A stretch of 64,000 bases of DNA. Source: an uncultured Candidatus Binatia bacterium. GTDB lineage: Bacteria; Desulfobacterota; Binatia; UBA9968; JAJDTQ01. Below, piece after piece: positions 38,768 through 50,171 of this stretch. The position numbers were made by a program, and so were the translations under genes. The stretch lies in NCBI GenBank assembly GCA_965213675.1, contig OZ243916.1:480001-544000 (forward strand). The letters are read 5' to 3'. Within the stretch, counting starts at the first letter, position 1. Every line of letters begins with the position of its first letter. The notes beneath the pieces are model-generated. The model was not told the DNA's origin, searched no databases, and saw only the letters and a program-made list of their open reading frames with translations.

Positions 38768-39550
38768 ATGGACTCTTTCATCTTAGACGACAAGCAGCGC
38801 TCCGCCAAACTCGAAACCGTGGACCGGGTGTTCGACGGAAGGGTCGCGGTGGTGCAGCGGCGGGACGGTTACCGGTTCTCGCTGGATTCCCTGCTGCTGG
38901 CGCGTTTCGTCGAGGTGCGGGGGCGCGAGCGCATCGTCGACCTGGGGACGGGCAACGGCGTGGTGGCGCTGTCCCTTGCCGTGTTGCATGGCGCGGTGGA
39001 GGCCGTGGGCGTGGAGCTTCAGCCGGGCATGGTGGAGCGGGCGTTGCGCGGCGTCACGCTGAACGGTCTCGAAGAACGGGTGCGCATGGTGCCGGGGGAC
39101 GTGCGCGCGTTGGACGCGATTCCGGGCTCCGGGAAATTCGATGTCGCGGCATGCAATCCACCGTACCGTCCGCCCCGGAGCGGCCGGGTGAGCGCCGGCG
39201 CCGAACGGCTGCTGGCCAGACACGAGGTGGAGGGCGGACTCGATGACTTCGTGCGCGCCGGGGCCTGTTTGCTGCGGCACCGGGGTCGGATGTGTCTGGT
39301 GTATCCCGCGGCAAGGGCCATGGAGCTGTTCACCGTGATGCGCGGGCACGGTCTCGAGCCCCGGCGCGTCCGCTTCGTCCATTCGTTCGCCGATGCTGCG
39401 GCGAGTCTCGTGTTGGCGGAGGGCATCAAGGGAGCGCGGTCGGATCTTTCCGTGGCGCCGCCGCTGGTCGTCTATCGCGGCCAGGACGAATACACGGACG
39501 AGATGGCGCGGTGGCTGAACCCGCCGGCCCCGTCGCGGCCCCGGCCTTGA
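38768..39550 (+). CDS. tRNA1(Val) A37 N6-methyltransferase-like
   Basis: GYRFSLDSLLL, VDLGTGNG, NPPY and ARHE motifs. Confidence 0.85.
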   Translation: MDSFILDDKQRSAKLETVDRVFDGRVAVVQRRDGYRFSLDSLLLARFVEVRGRERIVDLGTGNGVVALSLAVLHGAVEAVGVELQPGMVERALRGVTLNGLEERVRMVPGDVRALDAIPGSGKFDVAACNPPYRPPRSGRVSAGAERLLARHEVEGGLDDFVRAGACLLRHRGRMCLVYPAARAMELFTVMRGHGLEPRRVRFVHSFADAAASLVLAEGIKGARSDLSVAPPLVVYRGQDEYTDEMARWLNPPAPSRPRP

Positions 39551-39640
39551 ATCGGCAGACACCACACCAGGGGGATGCGCCGGGTTATCGTGCGATGCGG
39601 ACGGGATGGATGTCGTTGGGGAAAACGTCCCGCGGCAGCG

Positions 39641-40087
39641 TCAACCTCGTTTTCGCAGGTGGTTCAGCAGCAGGCCCCGCAAGGAGTTCCGCAACTCCGG
39701 GTCGTCGATGCGGTTCAGTGCCTGCTCGGGAAGCCGCGTCGTGTCCACCGCGGGAAGTTCGACGGGATTGACCGACTCTTCCCGCGGCGGCGCATCGGCG
39801 GTCACTTCCCCCAACACGAAGAAGATGCGGGTGATGGCCGCGCGCCCCAGCCGCCGGTTGAGCTTCTCCAGCATGATGTCCCGCATGTAGTGGAGTTGCT
39901 GCATCCAGGCGGGAGCGCGCACGCGCACGAAAAGGGTGCCGTCGCGCAGCTTTTCCGGACGGGCGTTGCGCGCGACGGCCCGGCCGACGGTCTCGTCCCA
40001 CACCGTCCAGACCGCGTAGTCCTCAAGACGGCGGCTGAGGGGCAGCCGCTTCACCGTGCGGTCGACAATGTCGCCAAGTCGTTCCAT
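39641..40087 (-). CDS. dciA: DUF721/DciA helicase-operating protein
   Basis: W...VG..VA.NARP..LRDGTLFV.V..PAWMQQL...I..KLN pattern. Confidence 0.82.
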   Translation of the reverse strand: MERLGDIVDRTVKRLPLSRRLEDYAVWTVWDETVGRAVARNARPEKLRDGTLFVRVRAPAWMQQLHYMRDIMLEKLNRRLGRAAITRIFFVLGEVTADAPPREESVNPVELPAVDTTRLPEQALNRIDDPELRNSLRGLLLNHLRKRG

Positions 40088-40194
40088 CGTTCACCGGCCG
40101 TGCGCGCTTCCGGGGCGCGGGCTGTCGCCCCGGATCGCCGTCATGTTAGCCCGCGGCGCCTCTCCGGTTCAAGCGCGCGGGCACGGAACTTTAC

Positions 40195-40279
40195 TTGACA
40201 GCACAACATGTGGTAGGTACTCTGGGCGTTCAACACAACATCGAGGAGTTATCCACAGCCCATCCACAGTGGATCCACA
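40195..40279 (+). promoter_or_regulatory. sigma70 promoter of nrdJ with tandem NrdR boxes and three DnaA-box-like sites
   Basis: TTGACA(40195)-N17-TACTCT(40218); CACAACAT cores at 40202 and 40234 (32 bp apart); TTATCCACA 40249, CCATCCACA 40260, GGATCCACA 40271. Confidence 0.8.
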
Positions 40280-40348
40280 ACGCGCCAACAGCGAATGTCC
40301 CACGAGGCGAACGCCCCACGACATTCCATCATCCAAGGGGGAGCAGTC

Positions 40349-43084
<2,736 letters not shown>

Positions 43085-43340
43085 GACTGAGGCGCTTGTG
43101 CCGTGGAGGTGGGCGCCAACCAGGGAACTCACTTTTCGTCATCCCAGTCGAACTCAGGCGCCTCTGAAACCTTCCTTGCTGTGTGCCGTTTGTCCACAAG
43201 TGTTGGGTTCATCCGCAGGGCGATTGCGGCGGCTGCATTTGACAGGGAACCACACGCGGCAGGTGCTGCGCTGTTCAGCGGCTCCATCCCGGCCCGGGTT
43301 GTTCAACACCGGCCAGGGAGCGATGAACCTGAAGTCTGAT

Positions 43341-45794
43341 CTAACCTTGAACGCTTGCCTGTAGGACCAGCAGGGGCCAATCCTTCATCTCCGCCTCCGG
43401 CTCGTTGAAAGGAATCGCTCGTCCCGTGCGCCATGGCTCGACCTGGTCGCGGTAGTGGGGCGAGGTGGGGTTGCCGGCTTGTCCGGGGATGATGACGAAG
43501 CTGGAGCGGATGGGATCGCTGAGGGTGACGGTCATGCGCAGGGAGACGCCGATGATCTGGTCGTAGGGGTTGGAGTGGCGGTAATGGGAGTTGTTGACGG
43601 TGCAGGCGCTGCCGGCGGCGGGGAAGGGGCCGACGGAGAAGAAGGGGGCGAGCCATTTCATGGGTCCCAAGGCGTGCTGGGCGGTGAGGGTGTGGAGGCG
43701 GCCCCACGTCCAGTTCCCGGGGTCGGGGCCTTGTTGGCGCGTGAGCTCGGCGCGGGCCTGGCGGAGGCTCTTGGTCAGCACGGCTTTGCGGGGGAGTTCG
43801 CGGAACCAGATCGAACCGGGGTCGGTGAGGATGTCGTCCAAAGGGGCGATGGGCTGGTTCAGGATCTCGGCGTAGCCCGACAGGATTTCCGCGCCCAACT
43901 CCTTTTCCCATATGTTCCACATGAGGCGATGATAGAGGACGTGGAACAGGGCCGCACCGGAGGACTCGGCGTTGCAGTCGAAGTTCCATTCGGTGAGCAC
44001 GTCCACGGCGGGCTTGAGCGCGGTCTCTTCATGGGCGATTTCAACCAGCTCCGGACCCAGGACGGTCAAGAGCCGCTCGGCCTGGACCGAGCGGGTGTCG
44101 AGGTGCAGGCGTGACATGGCGTCGGGGTCCACGCGCTCGGCCCCGGCGAGCACTTGGCGAATGCGCTCGATGCGATAGGGCGGTTCGTACAGGTCGGACA
44201 GGTAGTAGGGGTAGTTGCCGCCGGCGATGCGGTTGTTGGCGGTGGCCACCATGCCTTCGGGCGGATTGTACAGGCGCGGCAATTCGGGGAAGGGGATGAC
44301 GCCGGTCCAGTCGTGGGCCGGGTTCCAGCCTTCCAGGGGCAGCCAGGAAGGCGGTTCCGGGCGCACCGGGACGTGCCCAGCCAGGGTGTGGCCGATGTTG
44401 CCGCGGGTGTCGGCGTAGACGCAGTGCAGGGAAGGGGAGACGTGGTGTTCGAGGGCCGAGAGGAAACCGCTCCAGTCCCGCGCCCGGTTGATCCCGTCCA
44501 GGAATCCCAGTTCGTTTCCCGGCGTGTGCGCCGTCCAGCGATAGGAGAGCACTTCCGGGGCGGGCGCCTCCCGGGTGCCCTGGGACGGCGCCAGCAGGTC
44601 CGAAAGGACCGGACCGTGGCGCGTGTGGCGTACCGCGGCCTCCACCGGGCGGCGGCCGCGGACGGCGATGGTCTCGTTCCGGGTCTCGAACGGGGCCCAT
44701 CCATCCGGTGTCTGATGGAGCTCCGGCCGTTGGGGGTGCAACCGTTCGCGGTAGAGGTCGGCGTCGTCGCACAGGGCGGCGGAGAACCCCCAGGCCATGT
44801 CGCGATTGTGACCGATGTAGACGAAGGGAGAACCGGGGAGCGAGGCGCCGCCGACCTGAAGGCCGGGGTGTTCCCCGGCGTTGGGGGTGAACCCGTTGCG
44901 CTCCCTGGCTTCGGGAGCGACCCGGAGGTGATTGAGGTACCAGATGCCGGGCGCGCTCATGCGCAGGTGCGGGTCGTTGCACAGGATGGCGTGTCCCTGG
45001 GCGGCGCGGGCAGGGTCCACCACCCAACTGTTGCTGCCCTGGCCTGGAGGGCTCCACAGGTCGTCGGCAAAAACATCGTTGACAAAGCGCAGCAGGGCGG
45101 CGCCTTCCTCGCCCACGGCACGGGTGACGGCGGCGCCCCAGTCGGGATAGCGCGGCGCCAGCGAGTGGAACTTCTCGGGTTGGTTCTCCAACCGGCGATG
45201 CAGCGCCAGAAAGCTGAGCCGCGTCACCAGCGCGGACGACAGGAACAGGGAGAACCCGCGGGCGAGGGTGAGGCAGTCCACCGGGCGCCACGGGTCGGGC
45301 CGGTAACGCAGAAGGCGGAACTCCACCGGCAGGCGGCGTCCGCGCGCCTCGATACAGGCGTTGACGCCGGCACAATAGGCCTCCACCGCGCGCGCGGGCC
45401 TTTCCGGCAGCAGCGGGAGGGACAGCCCGGCGGTGTGGCGGACGCCGAGCAGCCGTATGAAATGATCGACGGTGGAAGTGGTGCCGGAGCGCAAGTGGCG
45501 TACAAAGTCCCTTCGGGGACCGGGCCGCTCGCCGAAGATCTCGGCCAGGCGGCCGCTGAAGAGGCGCCGGGCGAGGTCCATCTGCCACAGGCGGTCCTGG
45601 GCGTGGATGTATCCTTGGGCGAAGAAGAGGTCGCCCTCGGTCCGCGCCGTGATATAGGGGATGGCGAAGGGGTCCCAGCGGACCCGGACGTGTTCATGCA
45701 GCCCCGGCACGTGAACCGCGCCCCGTCGCTGCGCGCGCGACCGGCGCGCCCAGTGGCGCAGCAGCGGCGATATCAGGGATGACAGGAGGTTCAT
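43341..45794 (-). CDS. Penicillin acylase family Ntn-hydrolase
   Basis: AQGYIHAQDRLWQMD, GSNSW nucleophile, CNDPHL, TANN and WGRLH motifs. Confidence 0.93.
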   Translation of the reverse strand: MNLLSSLISPLLRHWARRSRAQRRGAVHVPGLHEHVRVRWDPFAIPYITARTEGDLFFAQGYIHAQDRLWQMDLARRLFSGRLAEIFGERPGPRRDFVRHLRSGTTSTVDHFIRLLGVRHTAGLSLPLLPERPARAVEAYCAGVNACIEARGRRLPVEFRLLRYRPDPWRPVDCLTLARGFSLFLSSALVTRLSFLALHRRLENQPEKFHSLAPRYPDWGAAVTRAVGEEGAALLRFVNDVFADDLWSPPGQGSNSWVVDPARAAQGHAILCNDPHLRMSAPGIWYLNHLRVAPEARERNGFTPNAGEHPGLQVGGASLPGSPFVYIGHNRDMAWGFSAALCDDADLYRERLHPQRPELHQTPDGWAPFETRNETIAVRGRRPVEAAVRHTRHGPVLSDLLAPSQGTREAPAPEVLSYRWTAHTPGNELGFLDGINRARDWSGFLSALEHHVSPSLHCVYADTRGNIGHTLAGHVPVRPEPPSWLPLEGWNPAHDWTGVIPFPELPRLYNPPEGMVATANNRIAGGNYPYYLSDLYEPPYRIERIRQVLAGAERVDPDAMSRLHLDTRSVQAERLLTVLGPELVEIAHEETALKPAVDVLTEWNFDCNAESSGAALFHVLYHRLMWNIWEKELGAEILSGYAEILNQPIAPLDDILTDPGSIWFRELPRKAVLTKSLRQARAELTRQQGPDPGNWTWGRLHTLTAQHALGPMKWLAPFFSVGPFPAAGSACTVNNSHYRHSNPYDQIIGVSLRMTVTLSDPIRSSFVIIPGQAGNPTSPHYRDQVEPWRTGRAIPFNEPEAEMKDWPLLVLQASVQG

Positions 45795-46266
45795 GAGATC
45801 GCGCTCCGCAGGATGGGCCACGGCCGTTGCCAGCGTCGGCTATGTCGGGTTCTTTCCAGTGGCCCCGGGCACGGCCGCCAGCGCCGTCGCCGCCCTGGCG
45901 TACTGGCTCGTCGGCCCGCTCCAGCAGTTTTCCGTGCTCGCGCCGGCGGCCGTGGCCGCATTTGTCGTGGGCGGTGTGGCCACGAGCCGTGTCGTCGGCG
46001 GTGGCGGACCCAAGGACCCCGCGCACGTCGTGTGCGACGAGGTGGCGGGCCAGTGGATCGCGCTCCTGACCGTCACCCATGCCGGCCGCTGGGAGTTTAT
46101 TCTACTCGCGTTTCTGCTGTTCCGCCTGTTCGATGTCTGGAAGCCCCAGCCCGTGGCGTTCTTCGACCGCCGTCAGGGAGCCTGGTACGTGATGATGGAC
46201 GACGTGGCGGCCGGGATCTACGCCAATGCGGCCGCCCACCTGTGCCTGAACTTCGCGTGGTCCTGA
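45793..46266 (+). CDS. pgpA: Phosphatidylglycerophosphatase A
   Basis: APGT, KDP..VV.DEVAG, FLLFRLFDVWKP and MMDDVAAG motifs. Confidence 0.92.
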   Translation: MRSRSAGWATAVASVGYVGFFPVAPGTAASAVAALAYWLVGPLQQFSVLAPAAVAAFVVGGVATSRVVGGGGPKDPAHVVCDEVAGQWIALLTVTHAGRWEFILLAFLLFRLFDVWKPQPVAFFDRRQGAWYVMMDDVAAGIYANAAAHLCLNFAWS

Positions 46267-46297
46267 CAAGCCGCGCGTTTCGCGGGCCCGTTCCCAG

Positions 46298-46454
46298 TGT
46301 GGTGTCTGGTTAATACGCGTCATAATCTGCGGGTCTTTTTCGCCGTCGGCTGCGTTGCTCTTCCTCGCGTGGTACCCGCCACTGCTCGTCATCGCGCCTT
46401 GCCGACGACAAAAAATCCTCCGCAGATTATGACGCGAATTAACCAGACACCACA
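46298..46454. repeat. 157-bp palindromic MITE-like element, copy B
   Basis: 35-bp terminal inverted repeats with one mismatch (TGTGGTGTCTGGTTAAT(A/T)CGCGTCATAATCTGCGG); core shared with copy A. Confidence 0.88.
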
Positions 46455-46504
46455 TTAGCGTCCCACGTTGCCGCCGTCGAGGTTCCGGCGGCAGCCGCCC
46501 GCCG

Positions 46505-47422
46505 CTACTGTCCCAGCCGCAGTAGACGCGCGGCGTTGTCGCCGAGGATCTTTTGCTTGTCGGAGTCCGGCAGGCGCACGTCGCGCACCGCATCCACCGA
46601 GCGCTCCAGGGGGATGGGCACCGGCGGGAAGTCGCTGCCGAAGAGCACGTGGTCGGCGCCGGCGGTCTCCACCGCGCACGTGACCGCGGGGGCGTGCAGG
46701 CTCACGGTGTCGTAGTAGAGTTGCTCGATGTAGGTGCCGGGCGCCCGCGGCAGCACGTCGGGTTCCCAAGGGCCGAAGCTGTCGTCCTTGCGCAACTCGT
46801 AGCCGAAGTCCAGGCGGCCAGGCAGCATGGGCAGGGCGCCGCCCAGGTGGGAGCAGATCATCACCAGATCCGGGAACCTCTCGAAACCGCCAGTGAGGAT
46901 GAAACGCGCCAGCGACAGCGTGGTGTCGAAGGGTCGTCCCACCATTTCCGGCAGACGGAAGATCTCCATCTTCTCCGCGCCGATGGTAACTCGCGGCGGA
47001 TGCACGAAGAGCGGCACGTCCAGGTCGGTCACCAACTCGAAAAAGGGCACGGCGTTGGGCGAATCGAGATACTCGCCGGCTACGCTGGAGTTGATCATGA
47101 TGCCCTTGAGGCCGTACTCGCGCACCGCCCGCTCGGTTTCCTTGAGGAAACGATCGTCGCCGAAGGGCACGGCGCACGCCAGCCCCAGGAAGTGGTTGGA
47201 ATGGCGCGCGGTGGTCTCCGCGGCGAAGGCGTTGAACTCCGTGACGATGTCGTAGGGGTCTTTCCCCTGGGGCGTGCGAATCCAGTTGTTGCCGAAGATG
47301 GTCAGGTCCACGCCGGCGCGGGCCTGCTCGTCGATGACACGCGGGATGTCGAAGATGGCCTGCGGCGACTTGGGGTGATACCAGTCTTGCGGCACCAGAT
47401 GGGCATGGGCGTCGATGATCAT
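46505..47422 (-). CDS. Amidohydrolase_2 family protein (ACMSD/LigW-like decarboxylase or hydratase)
   Basis: IIDAHAH, LFVHP, SHLGGALP, YYDT, LFGSDFP and ILGDNAARL motifs. Confidence 0.9.
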   Translation of the reverse strand: MIIDAHAHLVPQDWYHPKSPQAIFDIPRVIDEQARAGVDLTIFGNNWIRTPQGKDPYDIVTEFNAFAAETTARHSNHFLGLACAVPFGDDRFLKETERAVREYGLKGIMINSSVAGEYLDSPNAVPFFELVTDLDVPLFVHPPRVTIGAEKMEIFRLPEMVGRPFDTTLSLARFILTGGFERFPDLVMICSHLGGALPMLPGRLDFGYELRKDDSFGPWEPDVLPRAPGTYIEQLYYDTVSLHAPAVTCAVETAGADHVLFGSDFPPVPIPLERSVDAVRDVRLPDSDKQKILGDNAARLLRLGQ

Positions 47423-47518
47423 GCAGACGTAACTAATGGACTTTTCGTGGTGTTTCAAGTCCGGACGCGGGCGCCGGCGAAGAACCGGAAAAACCGCCGG
47501 GAAGCGGCTCGATGTGGC

Positions 47519-47759
47519 TTGACGACCCGGTGATGCGGTGTTAACAAAATGCGTCCCTGTCTGCGGAGGGGCGCCGGACGGGCGCTTTCGGGTACCCTAA
47601 GGAAACCTCGGAGACTTTCGGCCTTCTCCGGTGACTTTCGGAGACACGGGCGGAACCGAAAACGCCTGGACACACCCAAACCCCTGCCGGGAAATTCGAA
47701 TCGAACGACATTTGGCTGCCGGTCGCGAGAACGTGCGCTCGGGATCACGGCTCATATCC
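47519..47759 (+). promoter_or_regulatory. Candidate promoter and long structured 5' leader of LLM gene
   Basis: TTGACG-N17-TAACAA with upstream TG; then consecutive hairpins including three CTTTCGG motifs. Confidence 0.4.
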
Positions 47760-48758
47760 ATGAAACTGGACATTGAATTCAATTCGGGCGCCCAACTGCC
47801 CATGGGCGCCATCCCCGCGCTGGCTCGCGCGGCCGAGGACAGCGGCTTCGACTGCGCCTGGGGCGGGGAGGCCAACAACAAGGACCCGACGGTGATGCTG
47901 TCCGCGGCGGCCGCGGTGACGAGCCGGCTCAAGGTGGGCGCCGCGGTGTACCATATGCTGGGGCGGACGCCGGTGAGCATGGCGCTGCACGCCGCCGGAC
48001 TCGAGGAGCTGTCGGGCGGACGGTTTCTGTTCGGGCTTGGCATCTCCAACCCCACCATCGCCAATTGGCACGGGGTGGAGTTCAACCGGCCGCTGGCGCG
48101 CATCCGCGAGTACCTGGAGGTTGTTCAGGGAGCCTTGCGCGGCGACAAGCTGGATTACGAGGGCGCGTTCTACAGCGCCCATGGCTTCAAGCTGGCGTTC
48201 AAGCCGTCGGGCCGCAGGGTTCCGGTCTATCTGGCGGCGTTCGGGCCGCAGATGAGCCGTTTGGCGGGGCGGCTGAGCGACGGGGTGCTGATCAACATGG
48301 CCAATCCGCCGGAGATACGCCGGATCGTCGAAAACGTACGCGAGGGCGCGCGTCTCGCCGGCAAGGATCCGGACGGGCTGGAAATCATCTGCAAGGTGCG
48401 CTGCTGCGTGGCCCGTGACCGAAGGGCGGCGCGCCAGGCGCTGGGGCGCATCCTCACGTACTATGCCCTGGCGGACTACTATCGGGACCTGCTGACGCGC
48501 ATGGGCTTCGGCGAGGAGGTGACGGCGATCCGCGATACCTGGCGGGCGTCGGGCTTCCACGCAGCGGCCGCTCGGGTCACGGACCGATTGTTCGAGGGGT
48601 TGCCGCTGGTGGCGGGCGAGTCCGTGGACGAGGTGCTGGACAAGGTGCGGGTCTACGGTGAGGCCGGGGCCACGCGCGTGATCCTGCCGTATGTGCCGTG
48701 CACGGACGACGTGGTGGGCGAGATCCGGACGTTCATCGAGGCGTTCGGACGCGCCTGA
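47760..48758 (+). CDS. LLM class flavin/F420-dependent oxidoreductase
   Basis: AEDSGFD.AW, LSGGRFLFGLG and PVYLAAFGPQM..LAGRLSDGV motifs. Confidence 0.9.
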   Translation: MKLDIEFNSGAQLPMGAIPALARAAEDSGFDCAWGGEANNKDPTVMLSAAAAVTSRLKVGAAVYHMLGRTPVSMALHAAGLEELSGGRFLFGLGISNPTIANWHGVEFNRPLARIREYLEVVQGALRGDKLDYEGAFYSAHGFKLAFKPSGRRVPVYLAAFGPQMSRLAGRLSDGVLINMANPPEIRRIVENVREGARLAGKDPDGLEIICKVRCCVARDRRAARQALGRILTYYALADYYRDLLTRMGFGEEVTAIRDTWRASGFHAAAARVTDRLFEGLPLVAGESVDEVLDKVRVYGEAGATRVILPYVPCTDDVVGEIRTFIEAFGRA

Positions 48759-48850
48759 GGCGCTGACGCCGAGCTTGACTATGCGCGGTACCATGCTTAT
48801 GGAGAGGCAAGCCTGACCACAGGCGACACCATTCAGCAGGGAGAACGGTC

Positions 48851-49252
48851 ATCGCATTCGAACTGATCAATCCGAGTGGGCTGGAGAACCCGGTGGGGTA
48901 CTCCCACTTGGCGCGCGTCTCTTCCGGCCGGCTCGTGCTTGTGGCCGGACAGGCGCCGTTCAACGCCCAGGGGGACGTCGTGGGCAAGGGTGATTTCGCG
49001 GCGCAGTTCCGGCAGGTCTGGGAGAACCTGCGCACGGCCATCGAGGGGGCCGGAGGGAGCCCCCGGAACTATGCGACGTTGACCATGTACGTCACCGACG
49101 TCGACGCGTATCACGGGCACCGCAAGGAAATAGGCGCTTCCTACCGGGCGATCTTCGGGAAGCACTTTCCCGCGATTACCCTGGTTCAGGTATCAGGACT
49201 CTACCATCCGGACTGTATGGTTGAAGTGTCCGGGCTGGCTGTTATCGATTGA
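48851..49252 (+). CDS. RidA/YjgF family protein
   Basis: INPSGL..PVGYSH, LVAGQ, FPAITLVQV.GL and VEV.G.AV motifs. The expected start codon reads ATC at 48851. Confidence 0.88.
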   Translation: MAFELINPSGLENPVGYSHLARVSSGRLVLVAGQAPFNAQGDVVGKGDFAAQFRQVWENLRTAIEGAGGSPRNYATLTMYVTDVDAYHGHRKEIGASYRAIFGKHFPAITLVQVSGLYHPDCMVEVSGLAVID

Positions 49253-49346
49253 TGGCTGGAGGGATAGCGGGACGGCGTGAAGCGGCACTCCGCTCCCGCC
49301 CTCCCGGCCCTTGCACCACATCCACCGCCATGGGAGTCGCACGCAG

Positions 49347-49553
49347 ATGCGCCACGTACAGATAGCCGGCCACGGTCTCCTGGATTCCCCGGACACCTTC
49401 GACCCTCCCACCGAGACCGAGATCATCGGCCTGTGGCAGTCCTTTCGTGCCTCCGGGCTGTCGGCAAAGCAGGCTTGGGACGCCATCGTGGCAGGGATCG
49501 CCCTGGACCTGGCGTTTTCGGATGGCCGCAAGCGGCCGCGCCTGGAGCAGTAA
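49347..49553 (+). CDS. Hypothetical small protein
   Basis: 68-aa ORF with GGGAG upstream and coding-like codon use; no family recognised. Confidence 0.45.
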   Translation: MRHVQIAGHGLLDSPDTFDPPTETEIIGLWQSFRASGLSAKQAWDAIVAGIALDLAFSDGRKRPRLEQ

Positions 49554-49602
49554 TGCGGGTGTCGGGCAGCGGCTCCGGCTTCCCGGGGCCATCGGGCAGG
49601 GG

Positions 49603-50082
49603 TCAGGTCTGTTCCGCTTGGGGGTCGGCGCGGGCCAGGAGGTCCAGCAGGGCCTTCTTGTGTTGGCGTTCCACCTCCACGAGTTCGCGGAGCAGCCGGC
49701 CTTGTTCGGGCGCTTCGAGAGCCAGGCACGATACGTCGTCCACCATCGCGGCTTCGACGCGCTTCTGATCCTCGACGTCCTGGCGCATCCGGTCCCAATG
49801 GTTTGTGCCGGACGGGATGCTTGAATCGAATTTGGCGACCCGGCCGCCGAGCCTTTCCACTTCCTCAAAGAGCCGCGCCGTGCTCCTTTCCTTTTCCGCG
49901 GCCATTTGCTTCAGACGTTCGACCACGAACGGATAGGGCGCCGTTTCTGCGTGCAGTTTGAGCTGATTGGCCAGCCGCGACAGCTCCCGGTAGCCGTCGG
50001 CGAGCACCGTGCGCGCATTGCGCTCTTCGCGTTTCGCCCGATTGCGATCAAACCAGTCCGTGATGGTTTCCGTCAGGGCCAT
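49603..50082 (-). CDS. Ferritin-like four-helix-bundle protein
   Basis: Helical pattern with L..LGG turn and C-terminal ERQH (ExxH). Confidence 0.65.
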   Translation of the reverse strand: MALTETITDWFDRNRAKREERNARTVLADGYRELSRLANQLKLHAETAPYPFVVERLKQMAAEKERSTARLFEEVERLGGRVAKFDSSIPSGTNHWDRMRQDVEDQKRVEAAMVDDVSCLALEAPEQGRLLRELVEVERQHKKALLDLLARADPQAEQT

Positions 50083-50171
50083 GGTGGTAAGATAGGGGGC
50101 GCCGGGGATTGTGTCAAGATGCGGCCGTTCTTGTAAAACGTCGGTCGCAACGGTAGATTCATTGCATACGC

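Noticed and set aside
40249-40279. DnaA boxes as a replication origin
   Set aside because: Only three boxes, no AT-rich unwinding element and no dnaA/dnaN nearby; better read as promoter regulation.
40090-40348. Cobalamin riboswitch before nrdJ
   Set aside because: No B12-box or other conserved cobalamin riboswitch elements seen, and the leader is short.
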